In this document: positions 48,872-58,825 of the stretch, one piece after another
Numbering within the stretch: position 1 is the first letter of the stretch
How the letters are laid out: each line of letters begins with the position of its first letter
Assembly: GCA_964583985.1 (NCBI GenBank)
Contig: CAZOYD010000004.1
Location: forward strand, 1-64,000
Reading direction: 5' to 3'
Length of the DNA: 64,000 nucleotides
Source: an uncultured archaeon
Lineage (GTDB): Archaea > Asgardarchaeota > Lokiarchaeia > Sigyniarchaeales > SOKP01
Notes under the pieces: generated by a model
What the model was told of the DNA's origin: nothing
The model's database searches: none
The model's input: the letters and a program-made list of their open reading frames with translations, nothing else
Position numbers and translations under genes: made by a program

Positions 48872-51214
48872 ATGACTCGTAAAACTGAAATGTCTCTTTT
48901 CAATGTAGTCGTTAATTCTAATTATAAAGATCGACTATTAAATCAACTTTCCATCGTGCATAATGTACACATTAAGAAAAAAGAGGAAACACAAATAAAA
49001 AAAAGAACTGAAGAAACAGATTCTTTGATGAAAATTATTAGGACATTAAGACAAAACGTGGATCTTTTATTCAAAAAGCTAAGCATAAACGAAAGTGATT
49101 TTCAGGAATTAAAAATTAAACCAAAAGATAGATTAAAATTCGTTGCGCGTGATTTAAGCGATTTAATTAATCAAATATATGATGAAATCAATTTTTACCT
49201 TAATAGACTCACTGAATTGGAGAGATATTCATCAAAGGCTCAGATTGAATTAGAAAACCTAAAGATTATCAAATCTAGCTATGTTTTTCTTGAACAATAT
49301 CAATTAAATCGTGATAGCTTATCGAATTTAGAGCAACTAAACTTCAGAGTTTTTACAACATTTTCAAAAAACCTAGAGATCCTTGAATCTCTTCTCCAAC
49401 CTTCTTCATTTTCAAATGTACACCAAACAGATCAAAATTTTCCAAATATATATCAATTGGAAGATAGAATTGTATTTTTTATTGTTTATCCAATAGATCA
49501 AGAAGAAGGTCTAAAAGAACGGATAAACATTATTCATGCTGAAGAAGTACCAATATTGAAGAAATATTTGACTCCAGAGGGTATAGATTTTACTCGCATT
49601 AATAATGAACTCAATATTGTCAACAATACTATAATTAAGTACTCAAAAGAGAAAAATAAAATTCGAGAACAAAATTTAACGAAATTTTCCGCTATTAATG
49701 AAGTAGTAAAAAACATAGAAGAATATAATTGGGCAGAGCACCAATTTGATGAAGAATCTGCTGATCGATCGCGAATCAATTTCTTCATCCCTACAATGAA
49801 TGAGGATAAAGTTAAGCAGGCTCTTTTAGATAATTTAAAAGAAAAGATCCACATTGAAATTACTGATGTCCCTAAATATCATCCCATTTATAAAAAAGAA
49901 GAAAAACAAGATGGATTTGAGCAGCTCAAACAAAAAGAAAAAGAATCTAAAGATGGAGATGAGAATAAAAAATCCCCTTCAGAAGAACCTAAAAAGCGCG
50001 ATTTTAGAGAAACTGCCCCAACAGTCATGAAAAACCCATTCTTTATAAGACCATTTGAAACATTAACAAAGATGTACGGTGTACCTTCATATTCTGAAAT
50101 TGATCCAACACCATTTCTTGCAATAACATTTCCTCTTTTATTTGGACTAATGTTTGGTGATATTGGACATGGAATGAGCTTGATGATTGCGGGTGTATTG
50201 GGAGGGATATTGTTCCGTAAAAAGAAAGGAATACGTGATGTTAGTTGGATAATATTCTATTGTGGTATTGGATCTGTATTATGTGGCTTTTTATATGGAG
50301 AATTCTTTGGCTCTGATAACTTTTTTGGTTATAAATTGCAAGAGATAAGATTTTTTATCCCTTTATTAGGAAACATAACACTAAGTAATCCATTGAGTAA
50401 CATCTTGTCGATTTTCAAATTTACATTGATCATAGGTGTAATTCACGTTAATTTAGGATGGATTATTCAATTTATAAATTATTGGAAGCAATCGAAAAAA
50501 TACATGTCAATGACCGATTCATTCATGAAAATCTGCTTATTAACAGGCGGGACTTTTTTAATATTCATTTATGGAATCAATTTTAATACATGGCTTTCTT
50601 ATCCCTATCCCATTTTGTTGGTAATTGTCCCGGGGATTTTACTCATACTATTAAAACCAATCGGAGGATTATTGGGGATCTCATATTTAAAAAAAGAATC
50701 ATTTGGTTCTTTATTAGGAGAAGGAACCGTCGAAACTTTTGAAACAGCTCTATCTATTTTGAGTAATATTGCTTCATATATCCGATTGCTTGCTTTAGCA
50801 TTAGCCCACATTGCTTTAATGATTACAATTCAAGCATTAATAGGATTACTTCCAACTCCAGGTACGATTACCATTGGTATGGATCCTTTAGCCATTACTG
50901 GTATTATTCTGATTGAAGGTTTAAGAATAATTGGCATAGTTATAGGTAATGTTTTCGTGATATTATTAGAAGGGGTGCTTGTGTTTATCAATACATTGAG
51001 GTTACATTTCTATGAATTTTTCTTCAAGTTCTATCAAGGTACTGGAACTGAATTCTTTTCATTTTATTTGGATGATAATTATTCAATAATACAATTTAAA
51101 GTAGAGCATGAAAAAGATTTAATTTCAGAAGAAATTGAAAGGGAGATCGATAATAGAAAAACTAGAGAAGACCTTGAAGAAGCTTTACAAGTCATTAAAG
51201 ATAAATTCTTTTAA
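48872..51214 (+). CDS. atpI: A/V-type ATPase subunit I (a) (start probably ATG 48872)
   Basis: YGVPSYSEIDPT, FGLMFGDIGHG, SNIASYIRLLALALAH (essential Arg), LRLHFYEFF.KFY. Confidence 0.96.
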   Translation: MTRKTEMSLFNVVVNSNYKDRLLNQLSIVHNVHIKKKEETQIKKRTEETDSLMKIIRTLRQNVDLLFKKLSINESDFQELKIKPKDRLKFVARDLSDLINQIYDEINFYLNRLTELERYSSKAQIELENLKIIKSSYVFLEQYQLNRDSLSNLEQLNFRVFTTFSKNLEILESLLQPSSFSNVHQTDQNFPNIYQLEDRIVFFIVYPIDQEEGLKERINIIHAEEVPILKKYLTPEGIDFTRINNELNIVNNTIIKYSKEKNKIREQNLTKFSAINEVVKNIEEYNWAEHQFDEESADRSRINFFIPTMNEDKVKQALLDNLKEKIHIEITDVPKYHPIYKKEEKQDGFEQLKQKEKESKDGDENKKSPSEEPKKRDFRETAPTVMKNPFFIRPFETLTKMYGVPSYSEIDPTPFLAITFPLLFGLMFGDIGHGMSLMIAGVLGGILFRKKKGIRDVSWIIFYCGIGSVLCGFLYGEFFGSDNFFGYKLQEIRFFIPLLGNITLSNPLSNILSIFKFTLIIGVIHVNLGWIIQFINYWKQSKKYMSMTDSFMKICLLTGGTFLIFIYGINFNTWLSYPYPILLVIVPGILLILLKPIGGLLGISYLKKESFGSLLGEGTVETFETALSILSNIASYIRLLALALAHIALMITIQALIGLLPTPGTITIGMDPLAITGIILIEGLRIIGIVIGNVFVILLEGVLVFINTLRLHFYEFFFKFYQGTGTEFFSFYLDDNYSIIQFKVEHEKDLISEEIEREIDNRKTREDLEEALQVIKDKFF

Positions 51215-51243
51215 ATAAATTAATTATATTAATTAGTAACCAT

Positions 51244-51672
51244 ATGATTGAATCAAACGAAATTGATGAGAAATCTTTTAAAAAAAGACTCATCATGATT
51301 AGAACATTTCTTTTCATTTTAGTCATCTCAGTCTTAGGAATAATCTATTATATTTTAATTGACTTTGGATCCATACACCTAATCTCATTTTTAATCGTGT
51401 TATTTATATTTCTCATTGTCTTAGGTCCCATAATAAATTATGGAAAAAACCGAAGTCTATTTGATCGGTTTAAACGGAAAAAAAAAGTGGGAGGAAATGA
51501 GAGGAATGAAGATACCTTCAAAATCAAAACTACTCCTGCGCGACATCCTATTGATGAAAGAATAAATTTAGAATTCACATATAGAAAAGCCCTCATTCAT
51601 AAGTGTCCTAAATGTGGATTTATGTTAACAAGCTCTATGAAAAAATGCCCAAATTGTGGACAAACGATATAA
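51244..51672 (+). CDS. Two-TM membrane protein with C-terminal zinc ribbon
   Basis: Two hydrophobic helices; CPKCG...CPNCG. Confidence 0.8.
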   Translation: MIESNEIDEKSFKKRLIMIRTFLFILVISVLGIIYYILIDFGSIHLISFLIVLFIFLIVLGPIINYGKNRSLFDRFKRKKKVGGNERNEDTFKIKTTPARHPIDERINLEFTYRKALIHKCPKCGFMLTSSMKKCPNCGQTI

Positions 51673-51704
51673 ATTAAATTATTTGATACGTTTATATTTG
51701 TTGA

Positions 51705-52307
51705 TTATGGTTTAAACCATTCAAAGAAGTAATAACTGATTGTCAAAGGATTAGCTATCACATATTTTTTTCGGACGGATGTTGCTAGTCGACCAGCTCT
51801 TACCATATCAACTGCTGTAATTTTAGAGTCGTGAGGAAGAACATGAACAATAAATGGAGAATGCTCTAATCCTGGCCCTTTCTTATATACAACAAAATCT
51901 GCTCCAAATTTTAGTCCTGGACGAGGAATATAACCTTTTTCCCTAAGATCCTCATAAATTATGAGCTTTTCTTCGAACTTATGGTGAATCTGTTTTCCAA
52001 TCTCGAAAAATTCTTCCAAATTTAAGTATTTACCTTTTTTAGTGTCATATATTGAAATTTTATCCTTTTTTAGCAAGTAATATGCTTCTATGAGAGATAA
52101 TTCACTGGGTTTAGAAAAATATTCCAAACGTGGTTTACTTATTCCTAAAGGAGCTCCATAGAAATTACATTTAACATATAGATAGGATGCGAATAGGGGA
52201 TTGAACACGATTACTCTTGAATTAATGAATTTGGTGGGTATTTTATCGGGTATATCTCCTTCCTTAATATCATCCAAGGAAATTGGGGTGATCTTTTCTT
52301 CACTCAT
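51705..52307 (-). CDS. endA: tRNA-intron endonuclease, catalytic subunit (start 52307 or 52328)
   Basis: LSLIEAYYL, IYEDLREKGY, GLKFGADFVVY, HS, RLATSVRK (Tyr/His/Lys triad). Confidence 0.94.
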   Translation of the reverse strand: MSEEKITPISLDDIKEGDIPDKIPTKFINSRVIVFNPLFASYLYVKCNFYGAPLGISKPRLEYFSKPSELSLIEAYYLLKKDKISIYDTKKGKYLNLEEFFEIGKQIHHKFEEKLIIYEDLREKGYIPRPGLKFGADFVVYKKGPGLEHSPFIVHVLPHDSKITAVDMVRAGRLATSVRKKYVIANPLTISYYFFEWFKP

Positions 52308-52576
52308 CAAGATAGAACTATTAATCATGACTTAATAATTCTTTTAATTGAAATTTATTTGATAAGAATGATAATAATGCTGTTTTGTAAAAAAAAAGAT
52401 TATAAATTTTCGTAAATCAAAATAAAAAATAATGCAAATATTGAAAGTGAGAGTATCTAACCTCAAAAGATTAATGAAAGATATATATTTGGAAATTATT
52501 GTGAAAGATGAGTTAACTTAAAATTATAGTAATGACAAGTTTATTATTAAAAACCTAATGTTTTAATGGGAAAATC

Positions 52577-53449
52577 ATGAATATTAGACGCATGGCATTA
52601 GCTGGTAGTTGGTACCCCTATACTGAGGAAGCATGTTTAAGAAAAATGAAAAGTTTTTTGAAAGATAACAAATTTGGGCCTTATGAAGAATATATCTCCT
52701 CAAAAATGGCTGAGAGATCTATAATTGGCGGTGTTTCACCTCATGCGGGTATGGACTATTCTGGACCTTGTGCCATTCATACCTATTTAAACATTTTCAA
52801 GGAAAGAATTCCTGATAGTATTATCGTAATAGGGTTCGATCATCGTGTACTTGTAAAAGATTCAATATTAGAAGAGGGAGAATGGGAAACACCTTTAGGA
52901 AATTTAATTATAGATAATGAATTATCTGAAAAAATTCTGAAAACCAGTAGTAAAATAATAGCAGATAGCTCTGCTTTCATTGGGAGAGATGAAAACAGCC
53001 TAGAGTTACAAATGCCTTTTATAAAATTCTTTGCTGGGAAAAATAATGTAAGAATTGTTCCTATTAAAATTTCTACTCACGATTTTAAAACGATTGATAC
53101 GATTTCTGAAAATATAGCTCAAGTAATTAAAACTTCAAATAAGGATATTGTTGTTGTAGCATCATCCGATTTATATCATGAGCAAGTTAATAACAAGGAT
53201 GATTTAGTAAAATTCAAGGCAAAAGATGAAAAAGTCATAAACGATTTTGTGAATTTAAAGCCTGAAAACATAATAAATCTTGGACGAAAAGCATCTGTAT
53301 GCGGACAACATACAATTTCGACTTTACTTCAAATAAGTATTAAATTAGGAGCTAAGAAGGGGAAATTATTAAAGCACTACACGAGTGCTGAGATCACACA
53401 GAATTTCGGGTATTGTGTGGGATATTTTTCAGGAATTACATATAAATAA
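52577..53449 (+). CDS. MEMO1 family protein (AmmeMemoRadiSam protein B)
   Basis: AGSWYP, SPHAGMDYSG, WETPLG, ENSLELQMPF, ASSDLYH, SVCG, VGY. Confidence 0.92.
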   Translation: MNIRRMALAGSWYPYTEEACLRKMKSFLKDNKFGPYEEYISSKMAERSIIGGVSPHAGMDYSGPCAIHTYLNIFKERIPDSIIVIGFDHRVLVKDSILEEGEWETPLGNLIIDNELSEKILKTSSKIIADSSAFIGRDENSLELQMPFIKFFAGKNNVRIVPIKISTHDFKTIDTISENIAQVIKTSNKDIVVVASSDLYHEQVNNKDDLVKFKAKDEKVINDFVNLKPENIINLGRKASVCGQHTISTLLQISIKLGAKKGKLLKHYTSAEITQNFGYCVGYFSGITYK

Positions 53450-53480
53450 ATTTTATTAAAATTAAATTTGTATCTGATAA

Positions 53481-54566
53481 ATGATGCCGGAAGATAATGA
53501 TAGAATTGAAGATTTTATGACTTTATGGAAAAAAAAAAATGAACAACAAAATAACACTCCTTCGGTGATTGGCGATACTTTAAACCAGATGGAAATTTTA
53601 AAGAAGGAAAATCAAGAATTAAGAAAAAAGATCTCTGAAAATATTGCTTTATTAAGTAATACAGAAGATATCATTAAAAAATTATCTTCAGAAAAAGAGA
53701 TATTGAAAGTTGAGAAAGAAGAAGCTTTAATGGATTTAACAATGAGTATAAGAGATTTACAGAACGAAAATTTAGAACTCAATAATAAAGTCAAAAGCAT
53801 GGTCTCAATATTACTTGAAAAAGATGAAGAGATAAAAAGATTAGAATCTATTGGAGTAACAGTATATTCCCCTCCTGATGATAATACAAAATTAACTGAT
53901 GAATTGCAATCTCGAATTAACCAGAGGAATTTGCATATACTTTCATTAGAAAAAAACATTACTGAGTTAACATCCAAAAACGAAGAATTAAATGCTCAAC
54001 TTGTAGAGAAAATTAAAAGCATGCCAATTGAACACGCCGCAACAGCAAATAATTCAGTAGAACAAATAATCAAACCGCTACCCTCCAAAGGATCCTCAAT
54101 CCCATTAGAATCCTTATGCCAAGATCTACAAGCAGATTTGAACAAATATAAAAAAATAATTGAGCAGCTCACTAAAGATAAGACACAATTAATAGGGTTA
54201 ATAGAAAATCAAGGTGTTGAATTAGATATTGCTGAGATTAAATCACTAAAGACTGAAAATGAAAATTTAAAACGTGATGTACTTGAATTACAAAATTCAT
54301 TAAAATTCCAATCAAAAGAGTCTATTCAAGAATTAGCAAACGCCGAAGCAGAGATGAAGATAAAAGAACTTCAATCCAAAATTCAAGAAAAAGAAACTTT
54401 AATTGCTAATATGAAATTATCACAAGGATTACAATCGAATGAATCAACTAGTCCAATGTCTGGCTTAGTAGAAGAATTGCAAAAGAGTATTAACAAATTA
54501 AAGATTACGATAAGGGAAAAAGATCAAGAAATTCAGAATTTAAACAGAATGTTAACCTCAACATAA
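53481..54566 (+). CDS. Long coiled-coil protein with internal repeat
   Basis: Heptad-rich (E/K/L/N/Q) segments separated by Pro-containing linkers. Confidence 0.8.
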   Translation: MMPEDNDRIEDFMTLWKKKNEQQNNTPSVIGDTLNQMEILKKENQELRKKISENIALLSNTEDIIKKLSSEKEILKVEKEEALMDLTMSIRDLQNENLELNNKVKSMVSILLEKDEEIKRLESIGVTVYSPPDDNTKLTDELQSRINQRNLHILSLEKNITELTSKNEELNAQLVEKIKSMPIEHAATANNSVEQIIKPLPSKGSSIPLESLCQDLQADLNKYKKIIEQLTKDKTQLIGLIENQGVELDIAEIKSLKTENENLKRDVLELQNSLKFQSKESIQELANAEAEMKIKELQSKIQEKETLIANMKLSQGLQSNESTSPMSGLVEELQKSINKLKITIREKDQEIQNLNRMLTST

Positions 54567-54779
54567 AGATTTTTTTTGCTGTATGCATTCTACTTTTAAA
54601 GAAGGTCAAATTTTTGAGGAATAAGACATTATCTTAAGAAAGAATATTATTTTATATTATCAACTCAATGGAATATAGAATGATGTCAAAAGAGTGCTTT
54701 CTGGATATATTTGATGTTCTATAGAAGAATTTGGACCAAATAATAAAACTAACATTAAAATAAGAACGATACTAGAAGA

Positions 54780-55772
54780 ATGATGAAAGAGAAAGCTCGG
54801 ATGGGCCCATTCGTTCTATTTATAGGACATTTCGCAATTGACACTATCATTAGGTTTAAGGAAAAAAGAAAGCCAAGTTTGGGAGGAAGTGTTTCATTTG
54901 GATCCATAGCGTTAAGTAAGTACACGAAAAATGCTCATATTGGAATTATTTCTAATATTGGAAGAAAAAATTTTAATCCTCATTTACTAACTGTTCTCAA
55001 AAAAAAAAAAATAATCTTAACAATCAAATACTTTGACATGTTAAATACTAACTTCATATTAAATTACGAAGATCATTCAAGATCTCTCATTCTTAAATCA
55101 AGAAGTCCCAATCTTGAAATAAATGATATCCCTCTTGAAATCGCACTAAATCCTCCCGAAATCATTGTATTAGTACCATTGTGCAATGAAATTACAATTG
55201 AGTATATAAAAAATATTCTAAGGATGTTTCCCAAAGCTTATATAGGAATAGATTTACAGGGATTTATCCGTAAGATCGATCCTGACAGTGGGGTCGTCTC
55301 TTACTTATTTGATGAGGAGTTATTATCTAATGTTAAAAAGATTATTACATTAATAGGGGATAAATTAATACTCAAGGGTTCAGAAAATGAAATGAAATTA
55401 CTTTCTGGAAAAGAGGAAGTATTCGAGGTTATGGAATTTTTTAAGGGATTTGATAATAAAGGGATTTATATCATGACATTAGGAGAATCAGGATCTATTA
55501 TTACAAGACAAGGAGAACGAATATTACAAATTCCTGCTTTTACACCTAATACAGTCGTAGATGAAACTGGTGCGGGAGATGTATATCTAGCAATCTTTCT
55601 TTATGAATTCTACAATTCTGATTATTCTTGGAAAGCAGTTAAAAACGCAGCTTTATGTGCTTCTTCGGCAGCATCTTTCTTAGTAGAGAAGAAAGGTACA
55701 AATGGATCTGAATCAATGAAAAAAGTATTGAAAAGAAAAAACCAGAAAAAATATATTGTAAAATGTGGGTGA
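54780..55772 (+). CDS. PfkB/ribokinase family sugar kinase
   Basis: GHFAID, LGGS, IDLQG, MTLGESG, VDETGAGDVY. Confidence 0.92.
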   Translation: MMKEKARMGPFVLFIGHFAIDTIIRFKEKRKPSLGGSVSFGSIALSKYTKNAHIGIISNIGRKNFNPHLLTVLKKKKIILTIKYFDMLNTNFILNYEDHSRSLILKSRSPNLEINDIPLEIALNPPEIIVLVPLCNEITIEYIKNILRMFPKAYIGIDLQGFIRKIDPDSGVVSYLFDEELLSNVKKIITLIGDKLILKGSENEMKLLSGKEEVFEVMEFFKGFDNKGIYIMTLGESGSIITRQGERILQIPAFTPNTVVDETGAGDVYLAIFLYEFYNSDYSWKAVKNAALCASSAASFLVEKKGTNGSESMKKVLKRKNQKKYIVKCG

Positions 55773-55778
55773 TCTCTT

Positions 55779-56366
55779 ATTCATATCAATAGTCATTTTG
55801 CTGTAGGAATATCTATAGCATCAATATTGAATTATTTCTTTTCATTTTCATTTTTTGATTTTACTCTAATTGTAATTTTTTCATTTATTTGTGATTTCGA
55901 TGTTTTTTTTTCAAAGTTTGCGAAAGATCATAATCATAGAATGTTGATTACTCATTCCATAATCCCAAGTATCATTATAATTTTATTGGGATTAATTTTT
56001 AATTGGATTGCTTTAATTTTTAGCGGGATTTTATATTTTGTTCACATTCTAATAGATACATTTGATTGGGGAACTAATTTATTATTTTTTCATAAAAAAT
56101 TATATGGAATCAAAATGTTAATTTCGAAGGAAGAGTTCGAAAATTTGCCAATATATCTTTCTAATTACAAGAATAAAGAATCTTTTTTTGATGAAAAATA
56201 TTACACAAATAAAGCTTGTTTAGCAACTGAAATAATCATTTTCGTGATTATGATGATCTCCATTATTAGTTTTGCATTTCAATATATCTATCTAATTATA
56301 TTTTATTTTTTAGGTTTATATTTTCATTTAGCACGCCATTTTCATTTAAAAAAACTTGAAGCATAA
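55779..56366 (+). CDS. Membrane-bound metal-dependent hydrolase (YdjM-like); probable ATT start at 55779
   Basis: CDFD, HNHRMLITHS, HILIDTFDWG; N-terminal HINSHF lies upstream of the track's TTG. Confidence 0.75.
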   Translation: MHINSHFAVGISIASILNYFFSFSFFDFTLIVIFSFICDFDVFFSKFAKDHNHRMLITHSIIPSIIIILLGLIFNWIALIFSGILYFVHILIDTFDWGTNLLFFHKKLYGIKMLISKEEFENLPIYLSNYKNKESFFDEKYYTNKACLATEIIIFVIMMISIISFAFQYIYLIIFYFLGLYFHLARHFHLKKLEA

Positions 56367-56468
56367 TAAAATAAGATGGATTAATAATTTAGATTAGATA
56401 CTTTTAAGAACAAAATCCATATTGTAATTACTAATAGATATTTAATTTCATATTCAAAGGTGTGAAAA

Positions 56469-56906
56469 ATTTCTGAAGAGATAATAACTAATGTTGGGCT
56501 TTCCTTATATGAACAAATGATTTTTAAATGCGATCTTGGAAATTTAAAGGTTAAGGATTGTTTTATTGATGAAACTCATATTTCGGAGGTTGATATGATT
56601 GGTCCAAATCCCTCGAGACTGTTAGGTTTAGCTCTTTTGGGTTGCTTAAGTGCGAGTTTCATTTTTTGTCTGAAAAAAAAAGAACTTACATTGAAAGATT
56701 TAAAAGCTAATGCAGAAATACACATTGGTAAGAATAAAAAAGGATTTTTAAGAGTTCTTAAAATTGACATAAATATAAAGACAACAATAGATAATCCAGA
56801 AACAATGAAGAGAGCAGAACAATGTAAGAAAATGTTTGAACAATACTGCACTGTAACTCAAGCTGTGAGAGAAGGAATTGAGGTGAATGTCAATGTTGAG
56901 TTATAA
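56469..56906 (+). CDS. OsmC/Ohr family protein; probable ATT start at 56469
   Basis: IDE, GPNPSRLLGLALLGCL, FEQYCTVTQAVREGI (two Cys). Confidence 0.85.
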   Translation: MSEEIITNVGLSLYEQMIFKCDLGNLKVKDCFIDETHISEVDMIGPNPSRLLGLALLGCLSASFIFCLKKKELTLKDLKANAEIHIGKNKKGFLRVLKIDINIKTTIDNPETMKRAEQCKKMFEQYCTVTQAVREGIEVNVNVEL

Positions 56907-56941
56907 GTGTTCAGTTTTTTTATTTTTAATTAGCAAAGGAT

Positions 56942-57934
56942 CTAATCAGAAATTCCATCCTCAGAAATCGAGAAGATTGCATCTTCTTCCGGTAAATTTG
57001 GAGCATCAATAATTTTAGCAACACGTTGTTCTCCTTTACCTTTTCGTAAATAAATCCGAATTGTTGCACCATGAGCAACAATATTTCCACCTGTTGCAGT
57101 TATAGGATTTCCATAGAAAACATCTGGTTTGGCAGAAACTTGATTTGTGAAAAATACCGCCATTTCATCATACATCTCACTGATACGTAAAAGATCATGG
57201 ATATGTGTATTTAATGTTTGTTGACGATTAGCTAAAGTCCCCCTCCCGATATATTCACTTCTAAAATGTCCGATTAAAGAATCTACAATAACTAATTTTA
57301 TGTTTTTTTCTTCGATTATTTTTGAAGCTTCCTTGATAAGAAGTATTTGATGATCACTGTTATATGCTCTACCAACAACAATATTTTGGAGTACTGTTTT
57401 ATAATCCATATCTTTAGCACTAGCCATTTGAATAATACGCTCCGGTCTAAAAGTACCTTCTGTATCAATATATAAAGCACCTCCCTCAAGTCCACCATCT
57501 TCATAGGAACGTTGCACATTAACACATAGCTGGTGAGCTAGTTGAGTTTTCCCAGTTCTAAATTCTCCAAATACTTCAGTTACTGCGCCTGTTTCTAGTC
57601 CACCCCCTAACAAATCATCTAGATTATGTCCTCCTGTCGAAATTCTTCTCATCTTTTTTCTCTTTTCCCAAATCACATCTGCTGGCTTGAAACCCATCTT
57701 TTCAATATCTTGAGCGGCTTTTATGAGTTTTTCAGCTGTTTTTTCACCGATACCTGCATCTTCCATTAATCTAGAAATTGGATACATTGCTAACAAACGT
57801 ATAGATATTATACCAGAAGCCTTCAACTTTTTAAGAGTAACTTCCCCCACTCCTGGTAAATCATCCAATTCAAATGTTGGGTTAGAATTTGTACTATCAT
57901 CTTCTCCATTGGATGGAGCATTCTTCTTAGCCAT
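56942..57934 (-). CDS. radA: DNA repair and recombination protein RadA
   Basis: N-terminal HhH (LPGVG), [34 protein letters not shown]. Confidence 0.97.
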   Translation of the reverse strand: MAKKNAPSNGEDDSTNSNPTFELDDLPGVGEVTLKKLKASGIISIRLLAMYPISRLMEDAGIGEKTAEKLIKAAQDIEKMGFKPADVIWEKRKKMRRISTGGHNLDDLLGGGLETGAVTEVFGEFRTGKTQLAHQLCVNVQRSYEDGGLEGGALYIDTEGTFRPERIIQMASAKDMDYKTVLQNIVVGRAYNSDHQILLIKEASKIIEEKNIKLVIVDSLIGHFRSEYIGRGTLANRQQTLNTHIHDLLRISEMYDEMAVFFTNQVSAKPDVFYGNPITATGGNIVAHGATIRIYLRKGKGEQRVAKIIDAPNLPEEDAIFSISEDGISD

Positions 57935-58035
57935 GATATATCTACTATTTTTAAAAATCCTTTCCTTGATATTATATCTTCATAATTATATAAAAATAAT
58001 GTCTAAATATTAATAAAAGAATAAAAAAATTGTTT

Positions 58036-58713
58036 TTATTTTTTTTGCTGAAGCTCCTCCTTACCACTTCGAGTAATGAGTAATAGTATGATAAATAATA
58101 TTACACTCATGAGGAGTGTAAGCACTCCCGTTGCCTCGCGTATCCATATATAACTTAAATACATGAATGGTAAGATGAACAACGCGATAATAATAATAAA
58201 CATTGGTAAAGGAACTTCTTCATCCTTGATATCTAATATCATAGGGATAATAACTAAAATGATCATTATAGTTGCTGTAATTCTAAACGCCAATAATAAC
58301 TCTGGGAACACTAAAAATTGAGCAGCATAAATATCTGGCAAATTGAATACAAACCATGGAGAAGTATTTGTGAGTAATGAAGGAATAGAAACTGGAAGAA
58401 TGGCAGTTATAATTAATTGAATGAGAATAGCCAAAGCAAGATATAAAACAATATCGTTTATTTCTTTCTTACCCTTTTTTACACCCCAAAGGTCTCTAAT
58501 TAAAGTAACGCACCAAAGAATGAATAATAAAAGATATACTCCAAGAATATTGAAATTAATTATCCACATAAAATTAATGGGTAATAAAGCCACAATGTAA
58601 GCCATATATGCGTATTTTTCATTTCGATGAAACAAATCAAACACTAAAAAAACAGCAAAAATAATGACAAATGTTATTAAAACGATGATGGAGTTAATAT
58701 CGAATAATGCCAC
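58036..58713 (-). CDS. Polytopic membrane protein, hypothetical
   Basis: About seven hydrophobic helices; GTG start. Confidence 0.8.
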   Translation of the reverse strand: MALFDINSIIVLITFVIIFAVFLVFDLFHRNEKYAYMAYIVALLPINFMWIINFNILGVYLLLFILWCVTLIRDLWGVKKGKKEINDIVLYLALAILIQLIITAILPVSIPSLLTNTSPWFVFNLPDIYAAQFLVFPELLLAFRITATIMIILVIIPMILDIKDEEVPLPMFIIIIALFILPFMYLSYIWIREATGVLTLLMSVILFIILLLITRSGKEELQQKK

Positions 58714-58825
58714 GATTATACCATCTTTATTTTTAATATATGAATTTATTATTATTATTATAATAACACTAAATATTAAATCTTTAACTGAATCAGTTGA
58801 GATTATAAAAAAATACAGTGATTCT

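Noticed and set aside
52577-53449. Complete AmmeMemoRadiSam system
   Set aside because: Only the MEMO1 component is present; no AMMECR1 or cognate radical SAM gene nearby
54998-55011. Long poly-A tract in the pfkB gene as a slippage or phase-variation site
   Set aside because: Frame is intact (Lys run) and A-tracts are common throughout this AT-rich window
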